A DNA stretch of 32,000 nucleotides from Egibacteraceae bacterium (lineage in GTDB: Bacteria > Actinomycetota > Nitriliruptoria > Euzebyales > Egibacteraceae): contig JBOGEB010000013.1 in the NCBI GenBank assembly GCA_050743125.1, positions 11,287 to 43,286 on the forward strand, in the 5' to 3' direction. The notes under the pieces are model-generated. The model was given only the letters and a program-made list of their open reading frames with translations, was not told the origin of the DNA and made no database searches. Of this stretch, positions 1 to 7,893 are shown piece by piece. The translations under genes and the position numbers were made by a program. Position 1 is the stretch's first letter, and every line of letters starts with the position of its first letter.

Positions 1-618
1 CCGACGAGCTTGAGCTCGGCCGGTCGTGGGTCGGCCTGGCCCGCAGCCTCTACGAGGTGACGGACGTGTCGCCCGGGGAGGGTGTACGCCTTTGTGACCT
101 GCGCACCGGCGAGCCACTGGATGTGACCGAGCGGCTCGGCAGCCAGGATCTCGTCCCCGGCACGCTGCTGTACGCGCGGGTTGCGCCCGACGGGCGCAGC
201 CACCAGCTGCTCGGCGGCACCATCACGATCAAGGTCACGCTGCGCGACCGGCTGATGGCCTTTCTTGACACCAAGCCCGGTCCTGAGGAGGTCGCCGCCT
301 GGTTCGCGGCCACCAAGGCACCGCCCACCCTGGCCGCCCAGGAGGGGGAAGCGACCGTGCTCTGCGAGGCGCGTTATCTGGTGGCCGACCACGAGGAGGC
401 ACAGGCAGCGCTCGCGGAGGTGCTCGAGGTCGTCGATGACCGCTTCGTGGAGCACGTCGAGGTCGACGGCCAGACCCTCGTGCGGGGACAGGTGCGCTGG
501 GACGACCTCAGCCGAGCGCTTCGCCCGCCTCTGCGAGATCGTGACCGATGCGGTGCCGGGAGCAACGCCCCTCGCGGAGCGCTACACGCCGGCGGCACGG
601 CTGCTGGCGCCACCGTAG
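1..618 (+). pseudogene. hypothetical protein gene, 5'-partial (open to left edge), apparent frameshift near 505-512
   Basis: The frame of ORF 57..986 is open back to base 3 (DELELGRSWVGLARSLYEV...). Protein-like, high-GC3 coding runs to ...VRGQVRWDDL, then continues in the +1 frame as SAERFARLCEIVTDAVPGATPLAERYTPAARLLAPP with TAG at 616-618. The original frame becomes R/G/A-rich read-through that overlaps the next gene. Confidence 0.4.
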
Positions 619-730
619 CCTGGAAAATGGAGCCGAATGGGCACCAGCGGTTGCTCCCAGCGGCTTTGGGGTATTCGATAATCGCGATCTTTCATCGTGC
701 CCGGGGCAGCAGAAACCGGAAGGCATACGC

Positions 731-964
731 ATGTGGGTCCTCCTTTCAACCAGGCTGCGCCGCTGGCTGCTGGTCGCGGTCGGTATCCCTGCGCTTGCGT
801 GGCTGTTGGAGCGTGTCAGCGATCGGCTGGAGGCCCGCCAGGGACGCCAGACTGGAATCAGTCGCAATCTGCGGCGAGCGGGCGGGTGGCTGCATCGCAA
901 CGAGCGCCGCGGACGGTCTGCTCGCCGCCCTAACCCCAACGAGCCGGCCGGCTCAGCGAACTGA
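731..964 (+). CDS. small putative membrane protein (77 aa)
   Basis: ATG at 731 is preceded by GGAAGG (717-722). One hydrophobic helix (LLVAVGIPALAWLL) is followed by a basic tail. It is an internal start of ORF 548..964. No family recognised. Confidence 0.4.
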   Translation: MWVLLSTRLRRWLLVAVGIPALAWLLERVSDRLEARQGRQTGISRNLRRAGGWLHRNERRGRSARRPNPNEPAGSAN

Positions 965-1148
965 GCAACCGCCGATCACAAGGTGACCGCAGGCAGGTTT
1001 CAGTGTCGGGACCCGGATTGATCGTCCAAGCCAACGGTTCGGAACTCGGAAGCGGTGGGCGGCTCTCTAGGAGTTCGACGCCTGAGAAGGGTGACATGCT
1101 CCCAGCTCGTTAGCTACCGGTTGGCGCGAGCACACAGAGGTCTCTAGG

Positions 1149-1658
1149 TTGAGGCTCGTGAGCGATCGTGACCTCGTGGTGAAACCAGCCGACCGCGCGC
1201 TACAGATGGCCGAGAATCTGGTGTATGCCGGCGCTGGGGTGCTGCTCCTTGGTGGCGCTGTCATCGTCCTCGGCATCGCCGCCTATCACCTGATCGTAGA
1301 CACCGCTACGGGGAGCGGGCAGGCGGTCGAGGGCGCGCTTGAGGGGCTCCTGCTCGTGTTCATCCTGCTCGAGCTCCTGGCCGGGGTGCGGGCCACGATG
1401 ACGACACATGAGCTGGTCGCCGAGCCTTTCCTCATCGTCGGCATCATCGCCTCGATCAAAGAGATCGTGGTTGTGACGCTGCAAACAAAGAAGAGCCGGG
1501 GCGTGAACGACGCCGCTTTCACCGACGGCATGACCGAGATCGCGGTCCTGGCAGGGGTCATCCTCCTCTTGGCGCTCGCCACCTTTCTTGTGCGGAGGAA
1601 GGAGCGCGAACCGCAAGAACAGAGCCGCCGCTCAGACGAGAAGGGGAGCGACCGCTAG
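1149..1658 (+). CDS. PsiE-like (phosphate-starvation-inducible E family) integral membrane protein
   Basis: 169-aa ORF with 4 hydrophobic segments. The LLLVFILLELLAGVR ... EPFLIVGIIASIKEIVV pattern is reminiscent of the PsiE family. The listed start is TTG at 1149; an alternative ATG lies at 1206. Confidence 0.5.
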   Translation: MRLVSDRDLVVKPADRALQMAENLVYAGAGVLLLGGAVIVLGIAAYHLIVDTATGSGQAVEGALEGLLLVFILLELLAGVRATMTTHELVAEPFLIVGIIASIKEIVVVTLQTKKSRGVNDAAFTDGMTEIAVLAGVILLLALATFLVRRKEREPQEQSRRSDEKGSDR

Positions 1659-1659
1659 C

Positions 1660-1821
1660 TCAGCGGATCGCGACCAGCGCCTCGTAGAGGGAGATGAAGA
1701 CGAAGAGGGCGAGCCCGAGCCCGATCAGGTTGATCTTGCCCGCAAAGCGGGAACCGAAAGCGGCCACGATGAAGCAGATGAACGCGGCGAGCAGGAGCAG
1801 GAATACAAAGATCGGCGACAT
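1660..1821 (-). CDS. small hydrophobic protein (53 aa, two predicted TM helices)
   Basis: Internal ATG (1821..1819) of ORF 1660..2001, preceded on the minus strand by GAGGAGG with correct spacing. Sequence is MSPIFVFLLLLAAFICFIVAAFGSRFAGKINLIGLGLALFVFISLYEALVAIR. It converges on the PsiE-like gene with a 1-nt gap. Confidence 0.5.
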   Translation of the reverse strand: MSPIFVFLLLLAAFICFIVAAFGSRFAGKINLIGLGLALFVFISLYEALVAIR

Positions 1822-2107
1822 GCGAACTGCCTCCTCATTGTCCGAATGGATGCACCCATACCCATAAGAATAGGCCGCTCGGACGACGGTTTCCGCGTCG
1901 GCCCGCTGAGCGCAGGGCCAGAGGGGACATGCCTCCTCGGACAGCCGGTGCCACCTGTGCGCGGAGTGACGAGAGCGACACGACACGGAACGGGCGGGCA
2001 CGCCAGCTCGCGGTCGACGCCCTTGCGGCTATCCCGCTCCTTGTAGCATCCGGTGCCGTCACGCACGCTGCCGGCCCAGGCGATGGCGTGTGACCTAGGG
2101 AGGGGCG

Positions 2108-3490
2108 ATGGCCGAGATCGAGCGGGTCGTGGAGGCAGTCGAGACGAGCCGGCTCGAGCTGGTTCGGTTCCTGTGGGTCGACCACGGCGGTGTCATCCGT
2201 GGCAAGGCGACGTCACGCGCGCGGCTGGCTGAGCGCATGCGGGCCGGCATCGGGCTGGCGGTGGCGATGCAAGCGATGAGCGCGCTCGACGAGCTGACCC
2301 CGGTGCCCGCTCTGGGACCGGTCGGGGAGGTCCGGCTCGTACCCGACCCGGCCTCGTTCGTCGCCTTGCCGTACGCCCCGGGAGCCGGGGCGATGATCGC
2401 CGACCTGGTCTGCCTGGACGGCCAGGCGTGGGCTGCGTGCCCACGGACGTTCCTGAAACAGGCCATCGCCGACCTCGCCACCGAGGGCTTCGCGCTCGTC
2501 GCCGCGTTCGAGCCGGAGTTCACGCTGGGCCGGCGCGTGCCGGTGGACGGCGAGCCTGACCGGTTGGAGCCGATCGACGACAGCCTGTGCTTCTCGACCA
2601 CCGGCTTCGGCGCCGCCCACGACTACACGATCGAGCTGACCCGAGCGCTTGAAGCGCAAGGCCTGGACGTCGAGCAGTACTACCCCGAGCTCGGCCATGG
2701 ACAGCAGGAGCTGTCGATCCGCCACGCTCCCGCCTTGCGGGCGGCGGATCGCCAGGTCATCTACCGCGAGACCGTGCGCGGCGTCGCGTGGCGTCAGGGG
2801 CTGTGGGCGAGCCTGGCGCCCAAGCCCATCCCGGACCAGGCCGGCAACGGCGCTCACCTCCACGCGTCGCTGTGGGAGCTGGGCGCGGACGGGCAGCCCG
2901 GCGCGCGCAACGTCTTCTTCGACCCAGGAGGTCGCTACGGCCTGTCCGAGGTCGCTTACCACTTCATTGCCGGGGTGCTCGATCACCTGCCGGGGCTCGT
3001 CGCGCTGACCTGTGCCAGCGTGAACAGCTACCGGCGCCTGCAGCCGCAGTCGTGGAGCAGCGCGTTCGCGTGCTACGGGATGGACAACCGCGAGGCGGCG
3101 GTGCGCATCGCCTCGCCGCTGCGGGGGGACGAGGAGGCATCGACGAACCTGGAGCTCAAGTGCGCCGACTCGACCGGCAACCCCTACTTGGCGCTCGGCG
3201 GATTGATCTACGCCGGGCTCGACGGGATCCGCCGCCAGCTCGACCCCGGCGAGCCCACCGACGTCGACCCCGCGACGCTGCCGGAGGACGAGCGGAGCAG
3301 GCGCGGCATCCACCGGTTTCCCGGCTCGCTGAGGACCGCGCTGGACGCGCTGGTCGGCGACGAGCTGCTCATGAGTGCGCTCGGGCCCCTGCGGAGCGCC
3401 GCCTACCTGGCCGTCAAACGCTCCGAGGTGACCGCCTTCGCCGGCCACGACGCCGCCTTCGAGTGCTTCCACCACTTCACGAAGTTCTAA
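2108..3490 (+). CDS. glutamine synthetase family protein (GlnA paralog, probable gamma-glutamyl-amine ligase type)
   Basis: 460 aa with GS signatures: FLWVDHGGVIRGK, EPEFTL, YYPELGHGQQELSIRH, NGAHLHASLW, NSYRRLQP, MDNREAAVRI, NLELKCADSTGNPYLALG. SD-like GGGAGGGG lies upstream of the ATG. Confidence 0.9.
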   Translation: MAEIERVVEAVETSRLELVRFLWVDHGGVIRGKATSRARLAERMRAGIGLAVAMQAMSALDELTPVPALGPVGEVRLVPDPASFVALPYAPGAGAMIADLVCLDGQAWAACPRTFLKQAIADLATEGFALVAAFEPEFTLGRRVPVDGEPDRLEPIDDSLCFSTTGFGAAHDYTIELTRALEAQGLDVEQYYPELGHGQQELSIRHAPALRAADRQVIYRETVRGVAWRQGLWASLAPKPIPDQAGNGAHLHASLWELGADGQPGARNVFFDPGGRYGLSEVAYHFIAGVLDHLPGLVALTCASVNSYRRLQPQSWSSAFACYGMDNREAAVRIASPLRGDEEASTNLELKCADSTGNPYLALGGLIYAGLDGIRRQLDPGEPTDVDPATLPEDERSRRGIHRFPGSLRTALDALVGDELLMSALGPLRSAAYLAVKRSEVTAFAGHDAAFECFHHFTKF

Positions 3491-3492
3491 CC

Positions 3493-4623
3493 GTGCCGGT
3501 GGCGGCGGACCTCGAGGCGCTGGAGTTCGTCGACCACCACTGTCACCGCCTGCAAGGGAGCTGGACCAGCGCGAGCGGGGATCCGCCCGGCTGGCGGCGC
3601 TGCTTCACCGAGGCCACCGACGACGTGACGCTCACCCGCCACGTGCCCGCGCTGCTGGGATACCGGCGCTTCCTCCGCGCCATGGCGGAGCGGCTGGGGC
3701 TTGAGCCGGTTGGTGGGCACCTGGAGCGCCGGGTGCTCGCCCGCCGCGACGAGCTGGCGGCCGCCGACCCCGCTGGCTACCTGCGCGAGCTGCTCGACGA
3801 CGCCGGGGTGACGGCGCTGCTCGTCGACACCGGCTTCGGCGGCCCGGACACGCTGGGCGTCGAGGATTTCGCGGGGATCGCCGGCCGGCCCGTCCGCGAG
3901 GTCGTGCGGGTCGAGTCGGTCGCCGAGAAGCTGCTGGCCGCTGCCGGGCCGGCCACCCGGGGACTGGACCGTTTCGCGGACGCGCTCGAGCGCCGGCTTG
4001 TCCAGGCGCTGAACGGTGGGGCGGTCGCGTTGAAGTCGGTCGCCGCCTACCGCGCCGGCCTCGCGCTGCCCCGGCCGCGGGCAGCCGACGCGCGGCAGGC
4101 GTTCGACGACCTGGACCACGCCCGTCAGGCCCGCCGCCTCGCCGACCCGACGCTCGTCGCGTTCCTGCTGTGGCGGGCGGCCGAACTCGCCGCCGAGCGC
4201 GGTGTGCCGCTGCAGATCCACACCGGGTTCGGCGACACCGACCTCGACCTGACGCTCGCCGACCCCGCCCTGCTCCGACCGCTGCTGCGCGACCCCCGCA
4301 CGCAAGGCTGCCCGGTGGTGCTCTTGCACTGCTACCCGTTCGTACCCCAGGCCGCCTACTTGGCCAGCGTCTACCCGCAGGTGTGGATGGACTTGTCCCT
4401 GGCGATCCCACTCGCCGAGCCCCTCGCGGCCGGGCTGGTTGGTGAGGCGCTCGGCCTGTGCCCGGTCACGAAGCTGCTCGCCGGGACCGACGGCCACTCC
4501 TACCCCGAGATGCACTGGTGGGGCGCGCGCACCTGGCGCCGCGCGCTCGCCCAGATCCCGGACGCGGCCGAGGCCGCCGACCGGATCCTGGCCGCCAACG
4601 CGTGGGAGCTTTACCGGCTCTGA
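3493..4623 (+). CDS. amidohydrolase-2 family metal-dependent hydrolase, paired with the GS-like gene
   Basis: GTG at 3493 is 2 nt after the GS stop and in frame with ORF 2788..4623. Motifs: VDHHCH (HxH), LQIHTGFGD, VVLLHCYP, LLAGTDGHSYPE. A GS-paralog plus amidohydrolase pairing is known in actinobacteria, e.g. the glnA3 neighbourhood in mycobacteria (from memory). Confidence 0.8.
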   Translation: MPVAADLEALEFVDHHCHRLQGSWTSASGDPPGWRRCFTEATDDVTLTRHVPALLGYRRFLRAMAERLGLEPVGGHLERRVLARRDELAAADPAGYLRELLDDAGVTALLVDTGFGGPDTLGVEDFAGIAGRPVREVVRVESVAEKLLAAAGPATRGLDRFADALERRLVQALNGGAVALKSVAAYRAGLALPRPRAADARQAFDDLDHARQARRLADPTLVAFLLWRAAELAAERGVPLQIHTGFGDTDLDLTLADPALLRPLLRDPRTQGCPVVLLHCYPFVPQAAYLASVYPQVWMDLSLAIPLAEPLAAGLVGEALGLCPVTKLLAGTDGHSYPEMHWWGARTWRRALAQIPDAAEAADRILAANAWELYRL

Positions 4624-4733
4624 CGGGGGATCCCGAACGCGGTGCTGCGGGATCCACTTGAACCGCACGCTCCCGTGGTCCGTCCACGCACTTTCGGTGT
4701 GAACAACGCGCGTAGGCCGCGCAGTCGGTCTTC

Positions 4734-5777
4734 TCAGATACGGCGACCGCTCTGGTGACGGCCGCCGTACCGCGGGCCTCGGAGGCGGATGCCGTTCGCC
4801 CGGCGCGCGCGCATAAAAACGGCCCCGCCGATACCCGCCAGGGTGAGTATGAGGCCGGGCAGCCAAGGGTTGAACAGGCCCGGCGAGCCGGTGGGCTCCG
4901 TTGCGACGATCGGTGACCGCGCCTCCGGCAGGGGCTCGATCAGGTCCACGGTGGCTGGACCTGATCCGACGGCACCGCTGGCGTGCCCACCCCCTGGCGG
5001 GTCCGGCGGTGCAGACGGGACTGGCGCCCCCGGAGCCTGAGTAGTGGGTCGGGGCGCCGACGGACCTATGGATCTCGGCTTCGCCGCGGGCGCCGCAGGA
5101 GCGATCAACGGAGGCGGCGGTTCTTGTGGCGGCATGGGGATGGGCTTTTCGGTGACGACGTCGGAGTGGTTCGGGCGCGGGCGCGGCCTGGGGTGCGCGT
5201 TCCGTTCCGGACGCGGGTGCAGTCTCGGGCGCGAGTCCGGTTCTGGTCGCGGATGCGGTTTCGGGGCGCGTTCCGATCTCGGGTGCGGGCGCGGGTGCGA
5301 ATCCGGTTCCGGTTGCGGGTTCGGGCGCGAGTCCCGTTCCGGGCGCAAGCCCGGGTCCGGGTCCGGGCGCAAGTTCCGCTCCGGGCGCGATTCCGGTCTC
5401 GGATCTGGGCTCGGGCTCGGGTCCGGAACCAAGCGCGGGCCCGGGTTTGCGTCTGGAACCGGGTGCGGACGCGATCTCGGGCGCGAGTCCTGTTCCTGCT
5501 CCGGGCGCGGACTTGAGTCCGGGCTCGGGTCTGGGCTCGGGTCTGGGCTCGGGTCTGGACTTGAGTCCGGTTCCAGGCTCGGGTCCGAGCGCGAATTCGG
5601 CCTCGGGTCCAGCCAGCAGTACCAGTGGATCGGGTTCGGGCACGACACCTGGTGCTGGATCCCCAGCTCGCCCGCTGTCACGGCAGTCGGCAGGCCGACC
5701 GAGCCGAGCGCCGCCAAGCCCAAGCCGATCCCGACCGCCGCCTTGGAGGGACCGCCCTTGCAACGGAACACCATCAT
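4734..5777 (-). CDS. secreted, C-terminally membrane-anchored proline-rich repetitive protein
   Basis: Start MMVFRCKGG (ATG at 5777) is preceded by GGAAGG. Signal-peptide-like AAVGIGLGLAALGSVGLPTAVTA. About 200 aa of P/D/S/R/E repeats (PDPSPDPSPDPSP, PRPEPDS...). C-terminal TM LPGLILTLAGIGGAVF is followed by RARR. All six frames are open here, so the frame choice rests on the signal and anchor logic. Confidence 0.55.
   Translation of the reverse strand: MMVFRCKGGPSKAAVGIGLGLAALGSVGLPTAVTAGELGIQHQVSCPNPIHWYCWLDPRPNSRSDPSLEPDSSPDPSPDPSPDPSPDSSPRPEQEQDSRPRSRPHPVPDANPGPRLVPDPSPSPDPRPESRPERNLRPDPDPGLRPERDSRPNPQPEPDSHPRPHPRSERAPKPHPRPEPDSRPRLHPRPERNAHPRPRPRPNHSDVVTEKPIPMPPQEPPPPLIAPAAPAAKPRSIGPSAPRPTTQAPGAPVPSAPPDPPGGGHASGAVGSGPATVDLIEPLPEARSPIVATEPTGSPGLFNPWLPGLILTLAGIGGAVFMRARRANGIRLRGPRYGGRHQSGRRI
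5509..5570. repeat. short tandem repeat inside the Pro-rich gene (12-bp unit GGGCTCGGGTCT x3, flanked by GGACTTGAGTCCGG x2)
   Basis: Direct reading of 5509-5570. It encodes the PDPS repeats on the minus strand. Confidence 0.7.
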
Positions 5778-6881
5778 CCTGACCTTCCTGCCATCCGCCA
5801 GTGACTGCTGGTCCGTTTCTCGACCGCCCGATCGCAATCGGGGGCGTCCCCCCGCCCTCACGTTACGACGTTTCCCACAAAATTTCCCGTTGGGCAGGGT
5901 ACGGCTGACCCCGCCGACCCGGTCCACGTCGAGGGGTGCCAAGCGTCTGCCGGCCCAGCGGTCCGCATCGGCCGAGGCAGGGAAGAACTCAACTCGGTAG
6001 GCAGCCGGCAGCGGCTCGCCAGGCGTTCAGCGTGCCGCTCGGCCCGCTGAGACCGGGCAGTGTGGGCTCGGAGGCGGTGATCGCGACGAACCGCCGCATT
6101 GGCTGCAGGGGCTCGGGCTGCTGCCCGCCACGCTTGCGCTGCCCCGCCAGCCCGCCGTTGACTTCCACGAGCAGACCATCACGCTGGTCACACGGTACGC
6201 GACGACCGCCCGGCGGAGCAGTTGGCCGACGCCCGCGCCCACCTCAACGTCCTGGGAGCCGCGCTGCGTGGGCCGAGACAGTTCGGGCAGCGCCGCGGCC
6301 TGCAGGTCGATGCGGCGGAGACCGCTTGCCTGGCCGCCTGCTCGGCCCGCTCCTGCGGATGTCTGGGCGAGACCACCGCGTTCTTCTCGCTCGCGCGGAG
6401 CCTCGCCGATCAGTCGCAGGTGGCGGGGGTGCGCGGCTGCGCGCTGGCGGTCTACTCGGTGCTGCATGCCCGATCATCGGGGACAACGACCCGTTGGCTG
6501 GGCTTCATCGCGAGCACCAGACCCGCAGCGCGCCTTCGCGCTGCCCGACGACGATGGTGATGAGGGGTTCCTCTCCAGCCGTCGGTTCCTCGTCAGCCTC
6601 GCCACGATGGGCGAGGCACAGCTTGACGCCTGGGTGAGCCGTGGCCTCATCCTGCTCGGCATGCGGTGGCAGGCCACGATCCGGAGCCGGCCTGTGTCCA
6701 GGCGCACCACGCGCTCGAGGTGGTGGCGCTGACCCGAGTCCACCACGCCCGCAACGAGATGCGCGGGCAACTGGACCGACACGTCCTGAGTCCGGGAGCT
6801 CACAAGCGCCACGCCTCGTCACCTGAGCCGGCGCGGTGCGGTTCGTCCGCCGGTCTCGGTAGGGAGCTGGAGAATGAAAGA

Positions 6882-7562
6882 ATGAGAGGAATCACTCAGG
6901 CGTTCGGTGCGCGGTTCGACCTCGACGATCTGCTGATCGTGGGCATCGCGTTGACCCTTGCGCTCACCGGCATCTCGTCACTGTTGAGCCCGCTGGGCAA
7001 CATCGCCGTCTCGGCGGTGGTCGTGCTCGCGTGGCTTGCGCTAGCCCGCAGACGCGCGCGGAGACGCCGCGGCCACTGGCGCGAGGCGGACTTCCAGAGC
7101 CCTCGTCGGGGTATCCTCTTCACAGTCGGGCTGGGTGGGGTCAAGGACGGGACCATCGCGGACCTCGTCGTCGATCGCCTGCGTCCCGAGTTCGTCGGCT
7201 TCCTGCTCACAGGCGAGGTCGAGAACCTCGAGCAGATCGAGGAGTTCAAGCGCCGGAAGGGTGTGGTCGTTCACTGCGAGCGGATCGACCCGGGTGACTT
7301 CGAGGGCTGCCGCCGGGCGACGGCCAGGGCACTCGAGTGGCTGCTCGACCAGGAGCTGGAGCGCGACGACCTCGTCGTCGACCTCACCGGGGGCTTGAAG
7401 AACGTCAGCCTCGCGGCCTTCCTCGCCGCCGAGGACTACCAAGTCGAGACGCAATACATTCAGTCCGACTACACCCAAGCCGCCAAACTCGTGCCGGGGA
7501 CACAGCAGCAGGTGCTGCTCACGACGTATCGCGGTGCGCCCGCCTCCACAGCCGCCGGCTGA
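6882..7562 (+). CDS. membrane-anchored CARF-domain protein (2 TM helices + CARF; Cam1-like putative cyclic-oligoadenylate-responsive effector)
   Basis: ATG at 6882 sits in a locally AT-rich initiation region with GGAG 9 nt upstream. TM1 is LLIVGIALTLALTGISSLL and TM2 is IAVSAVVVLAWLALA, followed by RRRARRRR. The Rossmann-like domain has GILFTVGLGG after strand 1 and DLTGGLK, which matches the CARF signature [DN]x[ST]xxx[RK]. It lies directly upstream of the type III cas genes. Confidence 0.6.
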   Translation: MRGITQAFGARFDLDDLLIVGIALTLALTGISSLLSPLGNIAVSAVVVLAWLALARRRARRRRGHWREADFQSPRRGILFTVGLGGVKDGTIADLVVDRLRPEFVGFLLTGEVENLEQIEEFKRRKGVVVHCERIDPGDFEGCRRATARALEWLLDQELERDDLVVDLTGGLKNVSLAAFLAAEDYQVETQYIQSDYTQAAKLVPGTQQQVLLTTYRGAPASTAAG

Positions 7563-7629
7563 CCCCAGACTCGACTCCACGCAGTTCGGCTCAGCTCCGT
7601 GGCGACCACGCCACTTGGATCCGTGCCTG

Positions 7630-7884
7630 CTACAGGTGTTGACTGTCCCCCTCGGGCGCGCGTCTCGACCCACGCTCCTCGATGAGTTCCCGCTGGACAC
7701 GCACCAGCGCTGAGTCCAGCTGGGGCAGGTGTTCGTCGACCGTATTGGCGATAATGTCAGGGTCCCGATCCCAGTACTCGTGGACCACCACGTTGCGAAA
7801 TCCCACAATCCTCCGCCACGGGATCTCTGGAGCGCGGCGGATGACGTCCTCCGAAAGGTGCTTGGCTGCCTCACCAATGCCTGT
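7630..7884 (-). pseudogene. HepT (DUF86/HEPN) toxin gene fragment, 5'-truncated, no start codon
   Basis: Manual minus-strand translation gives TGIGEAAKHLSEDVIRRAPEIPWRRIVGFRNVVVHEYWDRDPDIIANTVDEHLPQLDSALVRVQRELIEERG...QHL*. It contains the HEPN Rx4H motif (RNVVVH) and the IGEAAK box typical of HepT. The frame is closed upstream by TGA (7887..7885). The N-terminal ~45-50 aa and the cognate MNT gene are absent. It is missing from the ORF track. Confidence 0.65.
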
Positions 7885-7893
7885 TCAAGCATT

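Noticed and set aside
1822-2107. Glutamine riboswitch or GlnR box upstream of the GS-like gene
   Set aside because: I found no convincing match to the glnA RNA motif as I remember it, and no paired GTnAC-n6-GAAAC GlnR sites. A single GTTTCC is insufficient.
4734-4830. LPXTG/LAXTG sortase signal at the C-terminus of the Pro-rich protein
   Set aside because: The sequence preceding the TM anchor is NPWLPGLIL, which contains no LPxTG or LAxTG motif. I describe it only as a TM anchor with a basic tail.
3487-5763. 758-aa minus-strand ORF, the longest in this region
   Set aside because: It is antisense to the well-supported amidohydrolase gene and then runs through the six-frame-open Pro-rich repeat. 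Its composition is R/P/G/A-rich with no motifs. This is a typical high-GC shadow ORF.
6666-6881. Upstream extension of the CARF ORF (GTG at 6666)
   Set aside because: The ATG at 6882 has an SD-like GGAG and sits in a locally AT-rich initiation context. The extension has no recognisable domain and overlaps equally plausible frames on both strands.
7729-7893. N-terminal 55 codons of ORF 7729..9003 as a genuine part of the Cas protein
   Set aside because: This stretch is the reverse complement of a clearly HepT-like coding sequence, and its own translation (MFVDRIGDNVRVPIPVLVDHHVAKSHNPPPRD...) has no RAMP features. I treat it as a fortuitous open frame across a deletion junction.
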